From Candidatus Latescibacterota bacterium (GTDB taxonomy: Bacteria; JAAXHH01), in NCBI GenBank assembly GCA_022821935.1, contig JAJECR010000159.1, forward strand, positions 1 through 49,974: DNA of 49,974 nt. The letters run 5' to 3'. A program made the translations under genes and the position numbers. Positions 43,566-49,974 of this stretch are shown here, piece after piece (the first letter of the stretch is position 1; the number at the start of each line of letters is the position of its first letter). Below the pieces are notes generated by a model, which worked only from the letters and a program-made list of their open reading frames with translations, made no database searches and was not told the DNA's origin.

Positions 43566-45560
43566 CTACAGCATGAGCGGATTCGGCTTGTCGGCGTCGA
43601 TCTCCAGTTCGGCCATCGCCTCTTTCAGCTTCGAGGCCGGCAACTTGCCGTCGCGCATCAGCCCGTAGAGGGCGGACAGCGTGATGTAGCGGGCATCCAC
43701 TTCGAAGAAATCACGTAAGGCGCCGCGGCTGTCGCTGCGTCCGAATCCGTCGGCGCCGAGTGTGATCAAATGGCCCGGGAACCAGGCGGATACGGTGTCC
43801 GGCAGCGCTTTCACGTAGTCGCAGGCCGCCACGTAGGGACCCGGTATATCGGCCACGCAGGAGGTCACGTAGGGCACGCGGGGCGTTTCCTCGGGATGCA
43901 TGATGTTCCATCGCTCCACGTCCACCGCCTCGTTGTGCAGCGCCTTGTAGCTGGTGATGCTCCAGACGTCGGCGGCCACGCCGTACTTTTCTTCCAGGAT
44001 CCTGCCCGCTTTCAGCACCTCGTTCAGGATGGCGCCGCTGCCGAAGAGCTGGACGCGCAGGTCGCCGTCCTTCTTCTCCGATTCGCGGAAGCGGTACATC
44101 CCTTTCAGGATGCCCTCGCGGGTCGCCTCGGGATCGCCCGGCATGGGCGGCATGGCGTAGTTCTCGTTGTGGACGGTCAGGTAGTAGAACACGTCGTCCT
44201 GTTCTTCGTACATGCGCCGGATGCCTTCTTCGATGATCACGGCCAGTTCGTAGCCGTAGGCCGGGTCGTAGGCCAGCAGGTTCGGCACCGGGTAGGCGAG
44301 CAGATGGCTGTTGCCGTCCTGGTGCTGGAGTCCTTCGCCCGCCAGCGTGGTGCGGCCCGACGTGGCGCCGACCAGGAAGCCCTTGCAGCGCATGTCGCCC
44401 GCGGACCAGACCAGGTCGCCGACGCGTTGCAGGCCGAACATGGAATAATAGATGAAGAAGGGGATGGTGTTGATGTCGTAGGTGGCGTAAGCCGTGCCCG
44501 CGGCGATGAAGGACGACATGGCGCCGGCTTCCGAGATACCTTCCTCCAGCAGCTGGCCGTCCTTCGACTCGCGGTAGTACAGCAGCGTTTCGCTGTCCAC
44601 CGGGTCGTAAAGCTGGCCCACCGGGGAGTAGATGCCGGACTGCCGGAACAGGGCCTCCATGCCGAAGGTCCGCGCCTCGTCAGGCACGATGGGCACGACG
44701 AGGTCTCCGATCTCCTTGTCCCGCATCAGGTCCGACAGGATGTTGACGAAGGCCATGGTCGTCGACACCTGCCGGTCCGTCCCTTCGTAGTACTTGCTGT
44801 ACTTGTCCTGTTTCGGCGCGTGCAACGGCGTGAAGGTCGTCCGCCTGGAGGGCACGTAGCCGCCGAGGGCCCTGCGCCGCTCATGGAGGTACTGAATCTC
44901 CTCGCTGTCCTCGGGCGGCTTGTAGAAGGGCACTTCGGCCACGTCTTCGTCGGAAATCGGGATCCGGAAGCGGTCCCGGAAGGCGAGCAGGTCGCTGTCT
45001 TCCATCTTCTTGATCTGGTGCGTGCTGTTGGCCCCCTGACCGCTGTCGCCCAGTCCGTATCCCTTGATCGTCTTCATCAGAATGACCGTCGGCGCCCCCT
45101 CGGTTTCCACGGCCGCCTGGTAGGCGTGGTATACCTTGAGCGGATCGTGGCCGCCCCGCCGCAGATGCTGCAGCTGCGAATCGGACAGATGCTCCACCAT
45201 CTTCTTCAGATCGGGATGGACGCCGAAGAACTTGTTCCGGATGTACTCGCCGGATGCCATGCTGTACTTCTGGTACTGGCCGTCCACCGTCTCGTGCATG
45301 CGGTTCACGAGGAGCCCGTCGCCGTCCTTCTCCAGCAGCGGGTCCCAGTCGCTGCCCCAGATGCACTTGATGACGTTCCATCCCGCACCCCGGAAGATGG
45401 CCTCCAGCTCCTGGATGATCTTGTGGTTGCCCCGGACGGGACCGTCGAGCCGCTGCAGGTTGCAGTTGATTACGAAGATCAGGTTGTCGAGCTGCTCGAG
45501 GACCGGCACGGTGATGGCGCCGAGGGACTCGGGTTCATCCATCTCCCCGTCGCCCATCAT
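43566..45560 (-). CDS. aceE: pyruvate dehydrogenase E1 (homodimeric AceE type), C-terminal ~3/4 as called by the ORF track
   Basis: GDGEMDEPESLGAI...NLIFVINCNLQRLDGPVRGN is the ThDP-binding motif region. In this frame, homology continues upstream of the listed Met (ETERFKVWV) to about 45587. Confidence 0.88.
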   Translation of the reverse strand: MMGDGEMDEPESLGAITVPVLEQLDNLIFVINCNLQRLDGPVRGNHKIIQELEAIFRGAGWNVIKCIWGSDWDPLLEKDGDGLLVNRMHETVDGQYQKYSMASGEYIRNKFFGVHPDLKKMVEHLSDSQLQHLRRGGHDPLKVYHAYQAAVETEGAPTVILMKTIKGYGLGDSGQGANSTHQIKKMEDSDLLAFRDRFRIPISDEDVAEVPFYKPPEDSEEIQYLHERRRALGGYVPSRRTTFTPLHAPKQDKYSKYYEGTDRQVSTTMAFVNILSDLMRDKEIGDLVVPIVPDEARTFGMEALFRQSGIYSPVGQLYDPVDSETLLYYRESKDGQLLEEGISEAGAMSSFIAAGTAYATYDINTIPFFIYYSMFGLQRVGDLVWSAGDMRCKGFLVGATSGRTTLAGEGLQHQDGNSHLLAYPVPNLLAYDPAYGYELAVIIEEGIRRMYEEQDDVFYYLTVHNENYAMPPMPGDPEATREGILKGMYRFRESEKKDGDLRVQLFGSGAILNEVLKAGRILEEKYGVAADVWSITSYKALHNEAVDVERWNIMHPEETPRVPYVTSCVADIPGPYVAACDYVKALPDTVSAWFPGHLITLGADGFGRSDSRGALRDFFEVDARYITLSALYGLMRDGKLPASKLKEAMAELEIDADKPNPLML

Positions 45561-46237
45561 GACCCAGACCTTGAATCGCTCGGTTTCTTGATCCCCCGGT
45601 TCTCCAGGTATTTCATGAAACGGGCCTGGTAGATGCCGGTAATGGCGCCTAAGCCCATGGATACCGTGGGGAACTCCCAGAAGTCCGGCATCAGCCAGGG
45701 ATGGGGATAGGACGACAGGCCGGGCGGATTCACCTCGTGGCGGAAGTTCTTGAGCTGCTCCTCGGAGATCCGCCCTTCCAGGTAGGCCCGCGCGTAGATA
45801 CCCGGCGCGGCGTGTCCCTGGACGAAGAGGAGGTCGCCCTCGTGGCTGCCGTTCCGGTTGCGGAAGAAGTGGTTGAAGCCCACCTCGTAAAGCGTTGCCG
45901 AGGAAGCGAAAGTGGAGATGTGCCCGCCGATGGAGCCGTCGGCCCGGTTGGCACGGACCACCATGGCCAGCGCGTTCCAGCGCACGATGTTCTTGATGCG
46001 CCGTTCCAGGTCGCGGTCGCCGGGATAGGGTTCCTGCAGTTCGACGGGTATGGTGTTTACGTAGGGGGTGTTGGCGGAGAAGGGCAGGCGTACGCCGGAC
46101 TCGGCGGCACGGGATTCCAGGGCCGCGAGAATGCGGCGGGTCCGTTCCGGGTCGCCCTGCGAAATGACATACTCAATCGATTCGAGCCACTCGTGGAGTT
46201 CCAGCGATGCTACATCGGGTTCCACGTCCGTTGTCAT
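45557..46237 (-). CDS. aceE: pyruvate dehydrogenase E1 (AceE), N-terminal fragment ending at a frameshift-induced stop
   Basis: Start chosen at MTTDVEPD. IVRWNALAMVVRAN, HISTFASSATLYEVGFNHFF, VQGHAAPGIYARAYLEGR, PTVSMGLGAI..YQARFMKYLENRGIK, then out-of-frame residues and TGA. Confidence 0.85.
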   Translation of the reverse strand: MTTDVEPDVASLELHEWLESIEYVISQGDPERTRRILAALESRAAESGVRLPFSANTPYVNTIPVELQEPYPGDRDLERRIKNIVRWNALAMVVRANRADGSIGGHISTFASSATLYEVGFNHFFRNRNGSHEGDLLFVQGHAAPGIYARAYLEGRISEEQLKNFRHEVNPPGLSSYPHPWLMPDFWEFPTVSMGLGAITGIYQARFMKYLENRGIKKPSDSRSGS

Positions 46238-46355
46238 CAAGCTTCCCCGGGGTGCGCCGCGCGTCGGCATTCCGCTCTTTTCCCATTCGAAAACATCGAC
46301 ACAAAATAGGGCTGTGGCACCCCTTCTGTCAATCATTATATTGATTTGCGACCGC

Positions 46356-46497
46356 GTCCCGGATCCCTTTCGGTACCGTGTCCCGGCCCCTACCGGGAAG
46401 GCGTCCGGGATACCCCTGGAGAAGTGCCCGGTATACTCTTCGTGGCAGCGTCAGGAATACTCTTTGTAGAAACGCCGTGAATACTTTTGGAAGATGC
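46356..46497. repeat. six tandem 23-24-nt units, stepwise diverging, in the aceE / DapA-family divergent intergenic region
   Basis: Units start at 46356, 46380, 46403, 46426, 46450 and 46474. The last three share (G/T)(G/A)(A/T)ATACT(C/T)TT. Confidence 0.8.
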
Positions 46498-46540
46498 GCG
46501 CAGGCAGGCCTGAAGAACGATGAAAACCTGGGAGGTTGGC

Positions 46541-47449
46541 ATGAAAAGCGACGGCCGGCATGGCTGGCACGGCATATTCACCATACCGCAGACCCCCTTT
46601 ACCGGCGAGGGCGCGCTGGACGAGGAGGGGCTTAGGAGGCAGATCGATTTCTGCGTGGAGGTGGGCGCCCACGGCATCGTCTATCCCGTCATGGTGAGCG
46701 AGTTCTGGCTGCTCTCGGACGACGAGCGGAAACGGGTCGTGGACGTGGCCGTGGAGCAGTTGGACGGACGCATGCCGATGATCGCGGGTGTGGCCGGGGT
46801 GAGTACCGAGGTCGCGGTGATGTTCAGCCGCCACGCCCGCGAGGCCGGCGCCGACGGCGCGATCGCCCTGCCGCCCTACGTGCTCAAACCCGGCCTGGAT
46901 GGACTGGTGGACTACTACCGGCAGGTCGCGGAGGCCGTGGGGAACCCCGTTTTCATCCAGAACTTCGATCCGCCCCTCGGGTCCAGCCTTTCGCCGGCTT
47001 TCATCCGGCAGTTGCTGCTGGACATACCGCACGTCAAATACATCAAGGAGGAGATGATGCCCGGCGGTCATTCGGTGACGGCGTTGCTGGAGACCTGCGG
47101 GGACGAGTTGTACGGCGTCTTCACCGGGTTCGGCGGGCGCTGGTTCATCGACGAGCTCAACCGCGGCGTGAGCGGAACCATGCCGGCCTGCGAGTTCACC
47201 GACGTGCTGGTCCGGCTCTACGAACGGTTCCGGTCGGGCGACGTGGAAGGGGCGCGGGAGATTCACAACCGGCTGCTGCCCCTGATCAACATTGAGAGCC
47301 TGCACGGCGTGATCTTCTGCAAGGAGATCCTGAAACGGCGCGGGCTGATCGCGTCGACCTACACGCGGGCGCCGGGGCGGCTGGACCGCCACGACCTCGC
47401 GGAGATCGACCGGCTCCTCCGGGACGTAGAGCCATTGTATATACAGTAG
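46541..47449 (+). CDS. DapA / N-acetylneuraminate-lyase family class I aldolase
   Basis: ATG after GGGAGG. The TIM-barrel pattern is GIFTIPQTPF...GAHGIVYPVMVSEFWLLSDDERKRV...AGVAG...VKYIKEE (Schiff-base Lys context). The ORF is open from 46520. Confidence 0.82.
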   Translation: MKSDGRHGWHGIFTIPQTPFTGEGALDEEGLRRQIDFCVEVGAHGIVYPVMVSEFWLLSDDERKRVVDVAVEQLDGRMPMIAGVAGVSTEVAVMFSRHAREAGADGAIALPPYVLKPGLDGLVDYYRQVAEAVGNPVFIQNFDPPLGSSLSPAFIRQLLLDIPHVKYIKEEMMPGGHSVTALLETCGDELYGVFTGFGGRWFIDELNRGVSGTMPACEFTDVLVRLYERFRSGDVEGAREIHNRLLPLINIESLHGVIFCKEILKRRGLIASTYTRAPGRLDRHDLAEIDRLLRDVEPLYIQ

Positions 47450-47464
47450 GCGAACTAGGCGAAC
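47447..47464 (+). repeat. 9-nt tandem duplication TAGGCGAAC x2 that includes the stop codon
   Basis: Read directly. It gives two in-frame TAG codons 9 nt apart. Confidence 0.9.
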
Positions 47465-47486
47465 CGGCGCGCGCAGTGGCCTCCCG

Positions 47487-49472
47487 CTACGTCCATTCGT
47501 GCAGGGCGTGCCCCTGGCCGGGAAACCAGATCCAGTCCACGAGGAACCCTAGAAACACCCCCACACTGTATCCTACCAGCACGCCCCAGGCAAAGGGCTG
47601 GGCCCGCCGGTAGATGGTCACTCCGCCGATCCTCATCAACAGCATCTTGATCAGCCAGGCCAGGAACAGCGAGAACATGAGCAGGCGGATCACGTCGGCG
47701 AAGGCCACGGTAAAACCCACCGGGGCCAGGGGCCAGCCGGGAAAACGGTAGGTCAGCGCCGTCATGACCAGCATGATGACGCCGCCGAGAGCCATGAACA
47801 GGAACTCCGGCGGCTGCAACTGGTCGGCGTTGCGTATCCACCGCACGATATCGTCAAAGTAGGTCTCGTTGATGCCGCCGAAGGCGTCGCGCGTGCCGAA
47901 GTTGTACGCGCCGATGGTCGTGTTCCCGATGTAGATCGTGTACAGGATGGACGTCAGCAGGCTGACGACGAAGGTGACGGACATGAGGGCGAGTATGCCT
48001 CGCTTGTCCCGCAGCAGGTCGGACGTCACCTTGTCGGACTGGGCGATGGTACCGATCCCCATGCCCCGCCAGTTCCGGGCGTAGACGGACCCCAGGCCCA
48101 GGGTGGTCAGGCTCTGGGGGTCGATGTTTCCCGAGCCCACGGTCAGTATGGTGAAATGGTGGGCATTGACCGGAAGGTCCATGAAGGCCAGGCCCGTCTG
48201 GGCGATGATCCGTGCCGTGCCCAGGTACAGAATGAAGAGAAACAGCAGGTAAACGGGCAGCACCTGCCAGGAAAGGCCCGACCCCACGAGCCAGGCCACC
48301 AGGTAGACCAGGCAGCCGGCCAGTCCGAGGACGGCCACCCGGTAGGACATCAATTCCGAGGCCGGCCGCTCGCCACTGCGCAGGGCCCGCCGGAAGACGT
48401 CGGCGATCTGCGCGCGGGCCGTCCACAGGTGCCAGAAAACGAAGACGATGAACCCGCCGAAGAACTGGGCCTTCACCACGGCGTTTGCCCCCACCGGACT
48501 GCCGGAATACTGGAGGCCGACGCGGTCCAGCAGTCCGCCTTCCAGCACGCCGCAAAGGGCGAAGAACCACAGGCTGAAGGTGATCTCAAGCGGCGCCAGG
48601 AAGGCGAAGCACAGGGCATAGATGTTGACGCTGATCCTAATGGCCGTTATGCCTTCCAGCAAGGTCAGGTTTGTGTGGTAGAGCGCGCCGATGGGAATGT
48701 GCGGGATGGCGCCCCAGAACGAGGAGATGTTCCAGATCATCAGGGCAAGGGATGCGCCGAAGCCCACCTGGAACATGCGGTCGTAGACGAAGCCGGGAAA
48801 GGTCCGTTCCGTCCTTTCGTCGTGGCGGATCAGGTCGACGGCCATCCGGACGAGCGGAAAGGAAAGCCGCTCGTGGGCCACCCAGGTCCTCCGCATGATG
48901 GTGGACATGCAGGCGCCCATGAAGAACAGCACGACGAAGAAGGTCAGCCACCAGAACAGCGGCGAAAGCCAGGGCCCCCAGATGACGTCGCCGGCCCCTT
49001 CCGGGATCCCCTCGTAGAACCACACCAGCGTGTTGCCCTGTCCGCTGACCAGCAGCCAGTCCGGCAGATAGTCGAAGAACGTGGCCTCCCACTGGTTCTC
49101 CGGTCGCGCGAAATAGTAGGGCGTGGCGATGACCCCCATGAGATAGGCGACCAGGACCTTGCCCGGCACCAGGGAGGAAACGAACATCATTACGAAGACC
49201 AGGGCCAGTTCACTTCCGTTCAGCACCCAGGACGGCCGCCATGTGCGCAGGCCCGGGTTGACGATGAGCAGAAGGAAGAAGAAGGGGATCAGGACCGCGA
49301 TGGGCAGATGGGACACCGTCATGCGGGAGGAATGCACGAGGAAGGAGCCGAAGGGGACCCAGATGTTGATCAGGACGGCAAGTGCCAGACCCAGTACCAC
49401 GGCGCGGCGGGATATGCCGGCTGGTCGCAATGTTCCGGGTTGCGGGATACCAATGCGCAGTCTGGTTGCCAT
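47487..49472 (-). CDS. polytopic integral membrane protein of unknown function (~15 predicted TM helices)
   Basis: A 661-aa ORF with regularly spaced hydrophobic helices and coding-like composition. I recognised no transporter signature motif. Confidence 0.7.
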   Translation of the reverse strand: MATRLRIGIPQPGTLRPAGISRRAVVLGLALAVLINIWVPFGSFLVHSSRMTVSHLPIAVLIPFFFLLLIVNPGLRTWRPSWVLNGSELALVFVMMFVSSLVPGKVLVAYLMGVIATPYYFARPENQWEATFFDYLPDWLLVSGQGNTLVWFYEGIPEGAGDVIWGPWLSPLFWWLTFFVVLFFMGACMSTIMRRTWVAHERLSFPLVRMAVDLIRHDERTERTFPGFVYDRMFQVGFGASLALMIWNISSFWGAIPHIPIGALYHTNLTLLEGITAIRISVNIYALCFAFLAPLEITFSLWFFALCGVLEGGLLDRVGLQYSGSPVGANAVVKAQFFGGFIVFVFWHLWTARAQIADVFRRALRSGERPASELMSYRVAVLGLAGCLVYLVAWLVGSGLSWQVLPVYLLFLFILYLGTARIIAQTGLAFMDLPVNAHHFTILTVGSGNIDPQSLTTLGLGSVYARNWRGMGIGTIAQSDKVTSDLLRDKRGILALMSVTFVVSLLTSILYTIYIGNTTIGAYNFGTRDAFGGINETYFDDIVRWIRNADQLQPPEFLFMALGGVIMLVMTALTYRFPGWPLAPVGFTVAFADVIRLLMFSLFLAWLIKMLLMRIGGVTIYRRAQPFAWGVLVGYSVGVFLGFLVDWIWFPGQGHALHEWT

Positions 49473-49614
49473 GGTCTGGTACGCCGAAAGGACTAAGAAA
49501 ACCGGGTTTTAAGTGGGGTAAGATGCCGGGTCTGTACGCCATTCAATATACCCGGTTCCCGACAGACGGCACAACCCTAGATTTGGCGCGCGAAGCCGCG
49601 GCCTTGGTTTTTGC

Positions 49615-49643
49615 TTGAACCGGTGTGTCAACCTTTTTATATT
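49615..49643 (+). promoter_or_regulatory. sigma70-like promoter candidate: TTGAAC-N17-TATATT, bracketed by the inverted repeat GCTTGAAC / GTTCAAGC
   Basis: The hexamers and the 8-bp inverted repeat (49613-49620 and 49649-49656) were read directly. Confidence 0.45.
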
Positions 49644-49820
49644 GATTTGTTCAAGCATGCAACGGCTCATTACGCTCGGGATGTATGCGACCGTTCGGGC
49701 CTCGCGGCCGTTCCGGGCAATTCCCATGTTTCCCATCGATACGAAACGCGGAAGCGGCGGATTGCGCGGCTTCGAGGGTGCGAAACCGCCGGTTGCCGGA
49801 TACCTACAGGGGTAGCAAGG

Positions 49821-49974
49821 CATGTGGTCGAAGATAAAAACGGGGATCGGCATCGCCATCGCGGCACTGATGTTGTCCTCGGTCACCATCTTCCATCCCA
49901 AGGATATTACCGAAAATATCCTGATGAAGCTGATCTCCCTGCCCGAACCCCAGGAGATTCAGCCGTTCCTGGGC
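49821..49974 (+). CDS. partial ORF (3' end outside the window) with an N-terminal signal-anchor-like helix
   Basis: ATG at 49821, open to the window end. MWSKIKTGIGIAIAALMLSSV. Confidence 0.3.

Noticed and set aside
43770-45632. A 620-aa plus-strand ORF opposite aceE.
   Set aside because: It is a shadow ORF. The minus strand encodes unmistakable AceE sequence over the same span.

Overview
By eye this is a GC-rich bacterial chromosomal segment, roughly two-thirds G+C. It is densely packed with housekeeping genes, and one clearly lower-GC insert sits inside it. No tools were run: every call rests on reading the ORF translations and the DNA by eye.

Gene content, left to right:
- ftsH (5' end is off-window), folP and rnz.
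- A persulfide-dioxygenase/rhodanese fusion on the minus strand.
- A minus-strand peptide-type ABC importer operon (permease, DUF368, permease, binding protein) with no ATPase gene.
- A plus-strand sugar-acid-like cluster: enolase-superfamily dehydratase, cupin, KDPG aldolase, GalU-like nucleotidyltransferase, GHMP kinase, LarA-like nickel racemase/epimerase homologue, gamma-carbonic-anhydrase-like protein.
- tRNA-Arg(ACG), tadA, tRNA-Ser(CGA).
- A ~4 kb low-GC insert carrying a 1053-aa lipoprotein (two Big_2 domains plus four plant-type LRR cassettes).
- tRNA-Ser(GGA), tRNA-Ala(CGC), a large Bacillus-type SRP RNA, then dnaX, ybaB and recR.
- pgsA, pgpA, cinA, thpR, recX and alaS. recA is absent from its usual slot.
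- rfbD, an hddA-like kinase and a gmhA-like isomerase.
- ispE, prs, ctc and pth, then rpsF, rpsR and rplI.
- A small membrane ORF, then tRNA-Val, tRNA-Asp and tRNA-Leu.
- An M20 peptidase and ychF.
- An exported thioredoxin-fold ORF with an in-frame TGA at the first position of its redox motif (candidate selenoprotein).
- Pyruvate dehydrogenase E2 and an E1 gene split by a 1-nt frameshift.
- A DapA-family aldolase, a ~15-TM membrane protein of unknown function, and a partial ORF at the right edge.

Most noteworthy:
1. The UxxC selenoprotein candidate.
2. The LRR island, which interrupts the conserved tadA-ffs-dnaX block between two tRNA-Ser genes.
3. The LarA-homologue sugar-acid cluster.
4. 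A DUF368 (PopT-type) gene translationally coupled inside the ABC importer operon.
5. A recurrent pattern of short tandem duplications (9 to 40 nt units) sitting exactly on gene starts, gene ends and promoters.

No CRISPR array, transposase or integrase was seen.
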